64,000 nt of DNA from Octopus vulgaris (Eukaryota), in assembly GCA_951406725.2 (NCBI GenBank), contig OX597817.1, positions 46,376,001-46,440,000 of the forward strand, read 5' to 3'. The position numbers were made by a program, and so were the translations under genes. Shown one piece after another: positions 15,008 through 27,848 of this stretch (positions within the stretch are counted from its first letter, which is position 1; each line of letters starts with the position of its first letter). The notes under the pieces were generated by a model. That model was not told the origin of the DNA and ran no database searches. It saw only the letters and a list, made by a program, of their open reading frames with translations.

Positions 15008-15067
<60 letters not shown>

Positions 15068-15854
15068 CGATGGAAGGGAAGAGAGATGAGAGAGAAGGAT
15101 ATATATATATATATATGTATATGTGTGTCTTTGTGTGTGTATGTTTGAAATGGAACAAATAGTTATGATTGCATCATGCTTGAATAGTCACATCGTACAA
15201 AGAAATATCTGCTTACCGAACTAAATTGACCGTTGATTTGCTATTATGGAGTATACCTTGAATATAATAACGCTTTCGATATTTCTATGAATAGCACAAC
15301 GATAAAGGGCAAATAGATACCATTAGACAGAAGACATGAATCATAAAAGCGATTTGATTTCCACTTCTTGCTAGCTCATAAATAAGCTTTTATACCATAA
15401 TACATAGCATTCAGCAAAAAAAAAGAAAAACGAATACACACACACGCGTACACAGACATGACCACATACACACACTTATGCAATTATGCATACTTGCATA
15501 CGTGTACACATACTTATATAATAAGCTATACTTGCATACATAAATGCATGCCTGCACTCGGAGGTGCAAATATGATTATGTGGTTACGAAGTTCGCTTTA
15601 CAATCGCGTTGTTTTGGGGTCAGAGCCACTGTAAAGAATCCTGAGTAAGTGTCATCTACCGCTATTTCAGGCCGACCAATGCACAAGCATCTCAATTATA
15701 AGAATGTTAAATTCGCTAAAATGATTTCACCCATGGATATAGGTTTTTCAAAATTACCATTCTTTGGTTTGTTTTAGTAAATTTTGTGTATGATGGTGTA
15801 TATAAAAATAAAACAGTTCAAAACTGTATTTTGATCTATTAAATGTTTCTTTTC

Positions 15855-16039
15855 AGGCCCACAGCGTGACACCGTGGGCAACTATCTTCTGCTATAGCTT
15901 TGGCCGACGAAAACTTTGTGAGTGGATTTGGTAGACGGAAACTGAAAGAAGCCTGTCCTATAGATATAGATATATAGATAGATAGATAGATAGATGATGG
16001 ATGGATGGATGAGTGGATGGATAGATGGATGGATGGATG

Positions 16040-16094
<55 letters not shown>

Positions 16095-16211
16095 GGCTGG
16101 ATGGATAGATAGCTGGCTGGATGGATAGATAGCTGGATAGATAGATGGATAGATAGATGGATTGATGGATAGATAGATGGATAGATGGATAGAAATTTGG
16201 ATAGATAAATG

Positions 16212-16281
<70 letters not shown>

Positions 16282-16460
16282 CAGATAGGTCTATATCTGT
16301 GTGTGTCAATGTATATGTGTTTGTCCAACCACCACCGCTTGCCAATTGGTGCTGACGTGGTTACGTCCACGTAAGCTAGTGGGTCGGCAAAAGTGACCGA
16401 TAGAAACACGAAGCTTTCATACCTGCTTCTACTAAAAACTGAATCTAAAACTAATGATTT
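15855..16460 (+). mobile_element. SINE family B, 5'-truncated, with a large internal (GATA/GATG)n expansion
   Basis: tttgtgagtggatttggtagacggaaactgaaagaagcc, then ~320 bp of tetranucleotide repeat, then tttgtcc...cggcaaaagtgaccgataga. Confidence 0.75.
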
Positions 16461-16609
16461 CATAACACTGATTCATGATTAGCGAAGCGAAACCGGTCGA
16501 CTCTCTACATATTGTAATGGATTAAATAATCTTTATCTACACAAACAAGATTTCTTTGCTTTTTTATTTTAAAACTTATATAAATATAAATGTGGGACCG
16601 CTGAACTAT

Positions 16610-16775
16610 ACACGTTTTCATTCTCTCTCTATTTATTTTCTCTTATTCCTTTCTGTCGGAGAGCGGAGACTCGAAACGTTAAAGATTTTTCCATTTTTCT
16701 CAAGCATCAATCTAATACACTTGCTTGTTGTTCCTACAACTGTCTTCGTCTTTTTTTACTATCAATTTCAACTAC
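16610..16775 (+). mobile_element. Solo Penelope pLTR-like fragment with a degenerate hammerhead-like motif
   Basis: Similar to 45046-45240 (reverse complement) and 27620-27810; cttt-CTGTCGG-a-gag(cggaga)ctc-GAAAC-GTT-aaag. Confidence 0.6.
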
Positions 16776-16977
16776 ACCCACGTACACACACACACACACG
16801 CGCACACGGACACACACACACACACACGCTCAAACACACACATACACACATACACACACATACATACCGATTGGCTGTTCACGAAGATGATATAATTTAT
16901 TATTTTTTCACAATTACAAAACATCTACACTATATGTGGTATAGATTTGTTGAGCTTTTGTATTTACTACAAGATGT

Positions 16978-17153
16978 TGACGCAGGAGTGGGTGTGAAGT
17001 AAGTAGCTTGCTTACCAACCACATGGTTCCGGGTTCAGTCCCACTTCGTAGCACCTTGGCCAAGTGTCTTCTACCATAGCCTCGGGCCGACTAAAGCCTT
17101 GTGAGTGGATTTAGTAGACGGAAACTGGAAGAAGCCCGTCGTAATTATGTATA

Positions 17154-17188
<35 letters not shown>

Positions 17189-17386
17189 TTGTGTGACTGT
17201 GTTCGTCCCTCCAACATCGCTTGATAACCAATGCTGTTGTGTTAACTTAGCGGTTCCGCAAAAGAGACCGATAGAATAGGTACTAGTCTTACAAAGAATA
17301 AGTCCTGGGGTCGATTTGCTCGTCTAAAGGCGGTGCTCCAGCATGGCCACATTCAATGACTGAAACAAGTAAAAGAGTAAAAGAGT
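16978..17386 (+). mobile_element. SINE family B (tRNA head, CORE-like ccttg(g)gcaagtg box, internal microsatellite, (gtaaaaga)n tail)
   Basis: Full-length match to the copies at 30631 and 47657. Confidence 0.85.
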
Positions 17387-18581
17387 ATATGTTACTGCAA
17401 ATAGTAGAAAATATATCTGCAAAGGATGACAAAAAGCTTTATAAATATTACTCTTCAGAGCTCAGAAATCAGTCAGACGCTGTCTTTTACTTCTTGTCAT
17501 CAAGTTAAGTACCTCTTTGATTACTTCTTGAAGGAATTGAAGGAGTGCCTTTCTTGCTATCAAATTAGCTATTCTTATTCCTTCCTTACCTGCAGTGTTA
17601 AATTTGATGTAGAAACATGTCAAGATTCTATGTTGTTACAATGTGTCTCTCTTTACAGATTCACAAAAATTGTTTAATTAGAGAGAGTTCACAATTTGCT
17701 TTGTAGATTGATCTCCTGTATCGCCATATTCGCAATATTTATTAAAGAGTTTCGTTGGGAGAATGACAGACAAAATGTATTACCATATTTAGTAACGTAA
17801 CTTGACGTTTTAATCTCAACTCCCAACCAGCTTGACGTTATCATCCATTCTATCTGAGTCGGTATAATAATTATTATATCGATCTAATTGCCTATGACCA
17901 TCTGCCACATAGAAGAACTTGTGGCAGTGTTAGAAGTCAATACCATTAATCTCTGCCTCCTACGTTTGCGAATTGAATATAATTTTGTCAGGTAATTTAC
18001 CCTACGTAATCCTTGTTTAGGTGATCAATGGAAATATTGTTTATATTTCTAGCCACTTTCTTTACTTTAACTCTACTTGATTACTATTATCATGCGACAT
18101 ATATCCAGGTTTCTTCTTGAGCATGAATCGAAACTGTGATAAATTACACCCGTTGTGTTTTTACTTTGATTTAACTTTTGTATAACTTGCACTGATCATG
18201 GCAGTTGAAGACGCCCTCAATTTTAGTAGTTTAAACTTTAACTTATTTATATTATTCTGTTTCAAACTACTTTGCTTTTGGAGGGATCCACATCCAACCA
18301 AACATTTCTAGCAGCTACGATAAAGCATCATATGCGCCTTTCACGTGACATTTGGAGTCGAATTAGATAACGCAATAATGACTTCCGCAATATTAGGTTA
18401 TCAATCTCTATCAAAGCTCATTGTCTTAAATCACTCAAGTTCGGATGCTGCTACACAACAGCAATACCCTCTGCTGTGCCTGAAAATAACCATCTCCCGT
18501 AACTAACTGGACAGATTTTAACCAACACAGCATCGCAAGACTTCCATCTGTAAAGTAAAAGACAACAGCAAGCTCTCTTTT

Positions 18582-18623
<42 letters not shown>

Positions 18624-18624
18624 A

Positions 18625-18659
<35 letters not shown>

Positions 18660-18685
18660 TACAAAAAAATGGTATATATATATAT

Positions 18686-18802
18686 AACGTGATCACATGA
18701 CCGACCAGTCCATACGATGTTGCTACACATCGCTGGTCACAATGCGTTCGCATTGTTTTAGCCTTCGAATGACGCCACCCCGCCGGCTAAACCAGCAGGC
18801 CA

Positions 18803-18803
<1 letters not shown>
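18686..18803 (-). mobile_element. 3' fragment of SINE family C, inverted relative to the neighbouring copy
   Basis: Reverse-complement match to ~19033-19150. Confidence 0.75.
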
Positions 18804-18834
<31 letters not shown>

Positions 18835-18846
18835 ATGTGTATACGT

Positions 18847-19160
18847 GGAGGCACAATGGCGCAGTGGTTACAGCAGCGGTCTCGCGGTCGTAGGATCGCG
18901 GATTCGATTCCCAGACCGGGCGTTGTGAGTGTTTATTGAGCGAAAGCACCTAAAGCTCCACGAAGCTCTGGCAGGGGGTGGTGGCGATCCCTACAGTACT
19001 CTTTCACCACAACTTTCTCTCACCCTTTCTTCTGTTGGCCCGCTCGCTTAGCCAGCGGAGTGGCGTCATTTGAAGGCTAAAACAATGCGTAGCGCATTGT
19101 GACTAGCGATGTGTAGCAACATCTGATAGCCTGGTTGGTCACGTGATCACTTGACGTGAT
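18847..19160 (+). mobile_element. SINE family C (tRNA head, cacgtgat-repeat tail)
   Basis: A-box tggcgcagtgg, B-box ggattcgattcc; matches 39199-39510. Confidence 0.85.
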
Positions 19161-20133
19161 ATATATAAATATATATATGTATATATATATATATACATAT
19201 GCGTTGCCAAATTAGTATTGTTACTTCTTGTGTCTAGCCAAAGGGATCTCTATGATATTCTCTAACGTGTCAAATACGGCAGATTTACTGGAAAATATCA
19301 CACATTATCTGCACAATTTGTGAAATCCTTTTTAAATATACAAACATTTGTAATCGCCAATCTATGAATCTCAAATCCAACATGTGGACAGCGAGCAAAT
19401 TTTCTGTACAAACATTTCGTCGCTACAAACAATTCCTCTGTGCAGGTTCAACAAGAACTTTCGGAACCCTCATCTGTAACTTGCGACAGGTGAGTCAACT
19501 ATATAGATGGTAGCACAATTAATTCCATTTTAATGTTCTTAGACCTGTATCAGCCACACACAACCTAAATTCGCCGTTTCGAACGCATAGCGCCTCCATG
19601 AATAGAGTGCTCGAAAACAATGAAAAATTTCTAGAAATGTCCTCAAAATCTTCCCACCTCTTCAGAGGAAGAAATTATGTCTACTCTGAACAATTGCTGA
19701 CGCAACAGGACTTATTCTAATGCAAAATTGAATACTTTTCGAATAGAGGGGTGAATGTTACTGCAGCTCACAAAAAAACAAACATTATACTGCGTCAAAT
19801 CCAAGACATCGAGCTTCATCAAAGACTCCAGCATATATCAGATATCGAAACTAAAGCAGCGGTTTCTGCTCCATAGAGTTAAATATTTCCCTCGTGTGTT
19901 CAACCAAACCCATTCAAATTATCGACCACTCATCGTTTTGTGAATCAATCTGTGTCTCCCCTTTTTCCTTACAACGTCCATACTCTCGTCTCCCCGATTA
20001 CAAAGCAAACACACACATGATTTTCTTTTAGCCGTCGTTATACAGTCGTTCAAGATCAATACCGACTTCCTACAAAGGTCAAAGTCACAGTTGTTTTTGC
20101 AGACTAGAACCATATAAATACCTGACGTGTAAT

Positions 20134-20540
20134 TTTACTCTTTTTACTCTTTTACTCTTTTACTTGTTTCAGTCATTTTAACTGCGGCCATGCTGGAGCA
20201 CCGCCTTTAGTCGAGCAAATCGACCCCGAGACTTATTCTTTGTAAGCCCAGTACTTATTCTATCGGTCTCTTTTGCCGAACCGCTAAGTGATGGGGACGT
20301 AAACATTGTCAAGCAATGCTATGGGGGACAAACACAGACACACAAACATACGCATACATATATATATATATATACATATATACGACAGGCTTCTTTCAGT
20401 TTCCGTCTACCAAATCCACTCACAAGGCATTGGTCGGCCCGGGGCTATAGCAGAAGACACTTGCCCAAGATGCCACGCAGTGGGACTGAACCCGGAACCA
20501 TGTGGTTGGTTAGCAAGCTACTTACCACACAGCCACTCGT
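20134..20540 (-). mobile_element. SINE family B
   Basis: (ttttactc)n tail, body and head all match family B. Confidence 0.85.
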
Positions 20541-20599
20541 GCAACTTATATGCATATATTAAACACTTGAATTTTTGTTTATGTAAATAGTAAAAAAAT

Positions 20600-20849
20600 A
20601 AATAAATGCGCCCTTTTTTAAAGCCTAGCCAGGCTCATGAGCCCGGTTTCTATAACTTATGTGGTCCCCAGCTGAACGGGACGCCAGTGCATCGCAGCGT
20701 TACTAATTTGTGCCTGCTGAGTGGACTGGAGCAACGTAAAAATGAAGTGTTTTGCTTAAGAGAACAACGCGTCGCCCTGTCCAGGAATCGAAACCACAAT
20801 CTTACGATCATGATGCTGACACCCTAACCACTAAGCCACGCACCTCCAC
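20600..20849 (-). mobile_element. SINE family D (tRNA head, ...ttgctccagtccactcagc..., Meta-like tail)
   Basis: Middle region related to 35202-35340; tail related to 12125-12237. Confidence 0.7.
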
Positions 20850-21476
20850 TATGTAAATAGTGTTAGAATAATATTTCGTTTAATTTGAGACAAACTCTGA
20901 TCTAGCAGACTTACAACCAGAAGGGCTCCGGCAGGAACAACAGCCTGGTTTTCTTGAATATATAGTTTATCTAAGATTTCATTATCCAAATGTCCTTCCA
21001 TCTACATGACTGTAATATATAATTTAAGAGGTATTTGGCAACTATTTTGCTTATTGAGTGACCACGTGGAGACTCTGTTGTTGAATCGGAATAGTTTAGT
21101 ATGCGCTTTGTTGCTTTCGTGAATGTGAGTGTTTGTATGTCTTGGTTTACTTAAGAGTTTGTCTATATAACATTAGTATGACATATAATTGTCGGGAGAA
21201 TAGATTACTTAGAGATGTCATTCGCACAGAATACAATAGGTAACGTTAGCAATGGATGTAGGGAGCATTAACAGAGTAGAAATATTTATGTGGTTAGGGA
21301 ATTACGTCATTTTCGAGAGTTGACTGAGAGATGTGCTGGAAAGTTAATGATCTCGCCATTAGTAAATGCGATGTCCATTCAAAGAATTTAAATTTCAATG
21401 AAGCATTCTACTTAGCCATAACTAGATTTCGACAGAAAATAGAGAGACTGCTAATGACAAGAGCATCACTGACTAA

Positions 21477-21900
21477 TCTATTATATAAAATCCGTTCTGT
21501 CTGTCTGTCTGTCTGTGTGTGTGTCTTCGTGGATATCGGGCATCCTCCATCCGATTTCGCTTAAATTTGATATGTAGATACCGACCGTATCAGGGCGTGT
21601 ATAAGTCTTGTAAAAATTACGAAAATCGATTCCAGGTAAGAATACGATCGATAAAGCCGTGGGGACGTGCATTTGTACGCGCAAGTACATCAACTGTTGC
21701 GATTGATACTACGCATATGTGAGAAAAATGCATGTACAGTTTGCGCCAAAAAAAGCCGGTTGGCTTCAAATAATGCGATAAAATTTGACGGTCCGACAAG
21801 TTGTTTTCAGAAAATTTGGTTTAAATGTTTGACAATTTAGCAACGTCCATTGGACGTAGGGGAGGGGGGCCTTTTGTTCGTATATTGATAATAATGTTCA
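21477..21900 (+). mobile_element. Possible 5' part of a non-autonomous Helitron (DINE-1-like)
   Basis: a|tctattatataaaa start followed by (tctg)n, like the other Helitrons here; no 3' hairpin or CTAG found. Confidence 0.4.
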
Positions 21901-21938
21901 GATGAAGACATTTTGAATGAAATTCAATGCATTTTCTC

Positions 21939-22373
21939 GGATCTTTTCGGTTTGAACGGCAGTTTTTTAAAATAATTTCCACGTAATTAAACACTTTTAA
22001 ACTTCGTATACTGGTAGAATGTGTTTATAAAACATCTTTTTCTCTTGGCTTTATTGAGAAAATTCTATAGTTTGTAAGATATTTGTTGTTTTTTTCTTCA
22101 ATTTCTGCAATTTCAACCAATCACTGACGTCTATTGAGATAAAAAAAAACATTCTGTGCCGTATGGGTATGTCCCTCGTTTAAGAAATAGATTGGGTTTA
22201 TTTACACTTCTGAAGAAAAAAAGATATCCTTCCCCCAACCCCTAACCCTAACTAACCCTAACTCTAACCGTAAAACAGATTGAAATGCAATAGATCGATA
22301 CTAAAGTCATAATTATGGATGACAATTTCGTATGACATCGCTAGAAAAACCGCCGTTCAAACCGAAAAGATCC
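21939..22373. mobile_element. MITE with ~28-bp TIRs, 8-bp TSD and internal (CCCTAA)-like repeats
   Basis: TIR ggatcttttcggtttgaacggc(a/g)gttttt at both ends; perfect TSD attttctc at 21931-21938 and 22374-22381. Confidence 0.9.
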
Positions 22374-23758
22374 ATTTTCTCTATGTATACCAACAAGAAT
22401 ATGTTACCATATCACACAAATGATGTACGAAACATTACAAATTTCATGTAAATATTTTGAAGAAATGATAGATATCTCATTACTTATATATGGCCTATAT
22501 ACCATCTCAGCCTATAATTCACAAAGCTTTTAACAATTCAGCATTTTAGAATCACAAAGTGTATCAGTGATTTTGAATTTCTCTTTATTTTTATTACCTT
22601 CAATAAATATAGTTTGAGACAGTGAATGTGAGGTGTTCGATACACAATACTGAATCACATTTTGCTAATTTACAGAGTTTGCTATATCTATGGCATTGAA
22701 ACCATTATTGGTTTGGTGAATTCTTCTTGTTTGCTTAGCTGTCTAATTGGCATTTTCGTCGTTATTGTTTACAATAATAATTTTGGATAGTCGGTGTTGA
22801 TGACTTTATAACAATAGTATAATTATAGCTATTATTTCGAAATTTTTATATTCTCTTATGCGTTTCACTTTACACATCCTCCTCATTCTGATTCATTTAA
22901 TTTTTATACTGTTGCAGTTTTATTAGTTTTAGGCACATCTGCTTGGAGATTGCTAAACATCTGAGAGAAGAGATAACAAAGTGTAGTACTTCGTATTACT
23001 AAGCACATTTTGTCTATTCAGAAGCAACTTATAGCAAATAGATAATAGCCATTTGTGTGTGGGGCGAGAGTGAGAGAGAGAGCTAGAGAAAGAGACATAG
23101 AGACACCGAGAGAGAAAGAGATAGAGAGAGAGAGAGAGAGACAACCCAGAGTAAAAGTTGATTCACCAGCGGCATTTTTAAGAAACGAAGTTATTAGTGT
23201 TATTAATGTCTGCGTGTCATATTTCTGATGTTTATTCAGCTATTAGTTAATGTATCTTTCGCGCCGAGATGTAGAAAGCTCTCGAAAGTTAGTGACTGCG
23301 GTATTGCTTCGTTGAAATAAAGAGCGCATATGCCAGTTACTAGTGCCCTTTCTTTTCCGGTGCCACGTCTGCTAACATAGTGTGATACTGTTCAGTTATT
23401 GATGTCTTCATACAATTTCCTTTTCAGTCTGAGGCCCTTCATGTCGTATTCGGCAGAGAATTTCTTTTCACGTGGGAATTCTATCTCCACTTAACTTGTC
23501 GTCTGTTGTGAATTTTCAGTCGAGATTACTTTAACGCCGATGGATTTATCATTCTCACATCATTTTATTGAAATCTTTTACGGTACTCGGGAAAAGTTTG
23601 ACTAAACCAAATTGAGCCAGCAGCGTACCGAACCCTACCGAACTCCTGTTTTCCTCAGTACCATTCAGACTCCTTGGTACTCTGAGTTTCAAACGTGTGG
23701 TTAGTATTCGGCCATTGAGGTCTGAATTAGAGATACAGATACATACCTATATACCTAC

Positions 23759-23835
<77 letters not shown>

Positions 23836-24366
23836 GGAGTAAGCACATAAATGTGAAACAACATGGAAAAAAAGAGTACTCAAATACAGGAGGTAGAGTA
23901 ATATGGTTTATTTAAAAGCAGTGGAAATATTTTTAAAAAAAACAAAAAAAAAGAGTATAGACTTGGATAGCAGGTTTGCAGAGAAAGTATTGAGTATTTT
24001 ATTTATTAGTCATTTGCCATATTTTTTGCTAGAATATTCTGTTTCTTTTCCTTTTTACAATCACTTCTTCCGGAACGTATTAAATGTCAGATTTCGTATT
24101 TAACAGCGCCTTCATATTTTGAAGCAAAAATATCTGTCAAAAGAAGTTTACTTTTCATCCCTTGATCAATATGTATAGAGGCATGCAATGAGATTCAACT
24201 ACGATTCTTATTGGTATGAATTTGTACTGTAACTTTTACTACTATTGTATGTGATGCCGTAACCTATGTTATATATATTGATATTATAGATATTGACCTT
24301 TGAATCTCGAGGGATCTTAGTAAATTATTACTCATTCATTCCCTATCATTATAATTGTAGCATTAA

Positions 24367-24760
24367 CTAGCAGTATCACCCAGCGTTACTCGGGTTTGTT
24401 TCGACCCTTTAGGGTTGGAATTTTTGAAAAGTAAAAAATTTTGCATTATGTAGCTTGTTATTCTCTTTAAGTGAAAATTTTTCTGGTTGAAATACACCTA
24501 AAAATGGTGACCCAGCAGTCAAAATATCGTAAAGAATAGGGATTTTCATAGAAAAAAAGCACCTTTTTGATGTAAATACTTTTTGGTATTAACATGGTTA
24601 GATTTGAACTTTTTCTCCTACGGAATGAATAGAAAGCCTTCTTCTATCATACTTTCAATTTTGGTCAACTTGCACCGCCGAGTCTCGGAAGAGATAGTGT
24701 TAGTTGAAGGCTACCAAACCTGCCATACACAGACAACTTCAGCTTTATATATATATATAT
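24367..24760 (-). mobile_element. Non-autonomous Helitron
   Basis: Inverted copy of 25300-25690; subterminal hairpin and CTAG end followed by T. Confidence 0.8.
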
Positions 24761-24767
24761 AAAATGA

Positions 24768-25128
24768 CTCGTTTCAGTCATTTGAGTGCGGCCATGCTGG
24801 AGCACCGTCTTTAGTCGAGCAAATCGACCCCAGGACTTATTTTTTGGAAGCCTAGTACTTATTCTATCGGGCTCTTTTGCCGAACCGCTAAGTTACGGGA
24901 ACGTAAACACACCAGCATCGGTTGTCAAGCGATGTTGGAGGGTAAAAGATAGACACACAAACATATACACACACATACAAACATATATACATTCCCGTCT
25001 ACCAAATCCACTCACAAGGCTTTGGTCGGTCCGAGGCTATAGTAGAAAACACTTGCCCAAGGTGCGACGCAGTGGGACTGAACCCGGAATCATGTGGTTG
25101 GTAAGCAAGCTACTTACCCCACAGCCAC
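24768..25128 (-). mobile_element. SINE family B
   Basis: Matches the family B body, with an internal deletion. Confidence 0.8.
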
Positions 25129-25299
25129 TAGCTATTAATGGGTTACCCTTTTCACTGCGAAAGGTTATTTGCTGGTTATTCCAGTAATGATGTTAAACAT
25201 TTACCAAATAATAAAATTGGTATTTTCTGCAAGTCACGTTGCCTCAATAAATTTGACATATCTCAACAGAATGTATGACATTCCTCGACAAAAGATAAA

Positions 25300-25690
25300 T
25301 CTATATATATAAAGCTGAAGTTGTCTGTGTATGGCAGGTTTGGTAGCCTTCAACTAACACTATCTCCTCCGAGACCCGGCGGCGCAAGTTGACCAAAATT
25401 GAGAGTATGATAGAAGAAGGCTTGCTCTTCCTTCCGTAGAAGAAAAGATTCAAATCGAACCATGTTAACACCAAAAATTATTTACATCAAAAAGGTGCTT
25501 TATTTTCTATGAAAATCCCTACTCTTTACGATATTTTGACGGCTTTGTCGCCATTTTTCAGTGTATTTCAACCAGAAAAATGTTCACTTAAATAGAATAA
25601 CAAGCTACATAATGCAAAACTTTTACATTTCAAAAATTCCAATTCTAAAGTGTCGAAACAAACCCGAGCAACGCCGGGTGATACTGCTAG
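25300..25690 (+). mobile_element. Non-autonomous Helitron
   Basis: A|TC start (tctatatatataaagctg), 3' hairpin cccgagcaacgccggg, CTAG|T end, no TSD. Confidence 0.85.
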
Positions 25691-26129
25691 TTGGTATATA
25701 AAACTGATTTCTATAGTAAAGGGGTTAATAATGATATATACTAAATGCTGTAAGTTAAACATTCATAAATGTAAGTAGCATAGAGTACGACATATATTTC
25801 TCAAACTTTTTCTTGAAACGAACGATGGAAAAATAGATATGCGATGGCGGATAAAAAATATAAATACATAATTTGTTGCATATGACCTCTTATGATTTTG
25901 TAAGTCATTTGGTTGACACAACTGTAATGCACTCATAAGAATATAGACATTCGAATGTATTTGCATCCGAACTTATTTCTATATTCTTCTCTTTTTCTCT
26001 CGCTTTTTCTGTTTGTCTGTCTGTCTGTCTGTCTTTCTATCTCTCTCTTTCTCTCTCTCACTCTCTCTCTCCAAAAATATGTTCATATATAAAACACACA
26101 TACGTAATATATATATGTATATATATATC

Positions 26130-26519
26130 CTTTTACTCTTTTACTTGTTTTACTTACTTGACTGCGGCCATGCTGGAGCACCGTCTTTCGTCCGAGCAAA
26201 TCTACCCCAGGACTTATTCTTCGGAAGCCTAGTACTTATTCTATCGGTTCTTTCACCGAACCGCTAAGTTACGAGGACGTAAACACACCAAAATCGGTTG
26301 TCAAGAGATGTTGGGGGGACAAACACAGTCACACAAACATATGCACACGCATACATAAATATATATACATATATACGACGGGCTTCTTTCAGTTTCCGTC
26401 TACCAAATCCACTCACAAGGCTTTGGTCTGCCCGAGGCTATAGTAGAAGACACCTGCCCAAAATGCCACGCAATGGGACTGCACCAGGAACCATGTGGTT
26501 GGTAAGCAATCTACTTACC
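26130..26519 (-). mobile_element. SINE family B, head truncated
   Basis: Family B tail and body; stops where the inverted-repeat arm begins. Confidence 0.8.
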
Positions 26520-27545
26520 AAATAAACACACGCACTATATATTCGTTCTTCACTCATTTATTACTGTTCTTATTTTAACTGATGTCCATTGTATGGAAAT
26601 CTTTCGTCACACATCTGTGACCTCTTCCGCGACACTTTTCGTTTTCGTGTTTGTTCTTGCTCTGCTTACTCCATTCTTATTTCTTTATTGCCCTCAAGGA
26701 GCTAAATATAAAGGAGACAAACAAGGACAGACCAAGAGGTTAAGTCGATTACATCGACCCCAGTGCGTGACTGGTACTTAATTTATCGATCCCGCAAGTA
26801 TGAAAGGCAAAGTCGACCTCGGCGGAATTTGAACTTAGAACGTAACGGCAGACGAAATACCGCGAATCATTTCGCCCAGCGTGCTAACGTTTCTGCCAGC
26901 TCGCCACCTTCTTCTTAATGCATTCTGTTTATCTATGGTGTGTATCCTTATATGCGCATGCGTTTCTGTCCTCGTTTGTGAGTATTTGTGTGTGTGCGCG
27001 CGCGTATTAGTATGTGTGTGTATGCTTTTATATGTATCATTAACAACAACAGCACCAGCGGCGGTGATGACGATGACAACAACAACAACTACTACTACTA
27101 CTACCACTACCATGATGACAACACCTTGGGCGAACACACCTACACAGAAGAATACAGGAGCTGTACCATATTTTTCGGGTCTTAAGACAGCAACAACACA
27201 GTGGGGTGAGAGGATGGGGCTGCTGAAGTGAAGGCCACACTGCTGATAAAAATTATGACACACATACAAGCATGCAGACACACATACACACACACGCGCG
27301 CACACACACACATACACGTGCGCACAAACAAGAAGACAAACGCATGCGCACATAAGGATATACACCTCAGAAAAACAAAAAAGGGTAAGTGGAGCAAGAA
27401 CACACACGAAAAAGAAAAGTGTCGCTGAAGAGGTCATAGATGGGTGACAAAAAATTTCCATAAAATGGACATGAGTTAAGATAATAAATAAGAACAGTAA
27501 CAAACAAGTAATGAAAAAATATATAGTACGTGTGTTTATTTGGCA
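26517..27545. repeat. Diverged long inverted repeat, each arm carrying a hammerhead-like motif; left arm interrupted by a family A SINE
   Basis: 26517-26670 plus 26920-27040 is the reverse complement of ~27250-27545. Confidence 0.7.
26675..26910 (-). mobile_element. SINE family A
   Basis: Full-length reverse-complement match to 37210-37441. Confidence 0.85.
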
Positions 27546-27599
27546 AAAATGTTTTTTTTAATGAAAATATGACCAACCCGAAATGCAACAATATATATA

Positions 27600-27805
27600 T
27601 ATGTCGCCATGACAGACCGTTAGCCACTACACACATTTTTTACTCTCCTTCCTTCTCTCCTTGTTTTTTTTTCTGTGTCCCTTTCCGTAGAAGAGCGTAG
27701 GCTCGAAACGTAAAAGACTTTTTCTCTTCCTGAGTGTTATACTAATACATCTGTTGGTTTTGTACACCTCCTGTCTTCGTCTTTTGCGTTTTTTTCCTAA
27801 ACTTT

Positions 27806-27810
<5 letters not shown>
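27600..27810 (+). mobile_element. Solo pLTR of the Penelope-like family at 45 kb, with a hammerhead-like motif at 27681-27716
   Basis: Aligns to the reverse complement of 45046-45243; bounded by (TA)n. Confidence 0.75.

Positions 27811-27845
<35 letters not shown>

Positions 27846-27848
<3 letters not shown>

Noticed and set aside
19250-20120. Balanced-GC stretch with faint hAT-like C-terminal remnants on the minus strand (..LTHLSQVTDEGS..)
   Set aside because: Too degenerate to call by eye; needs a frameshift-aware search.
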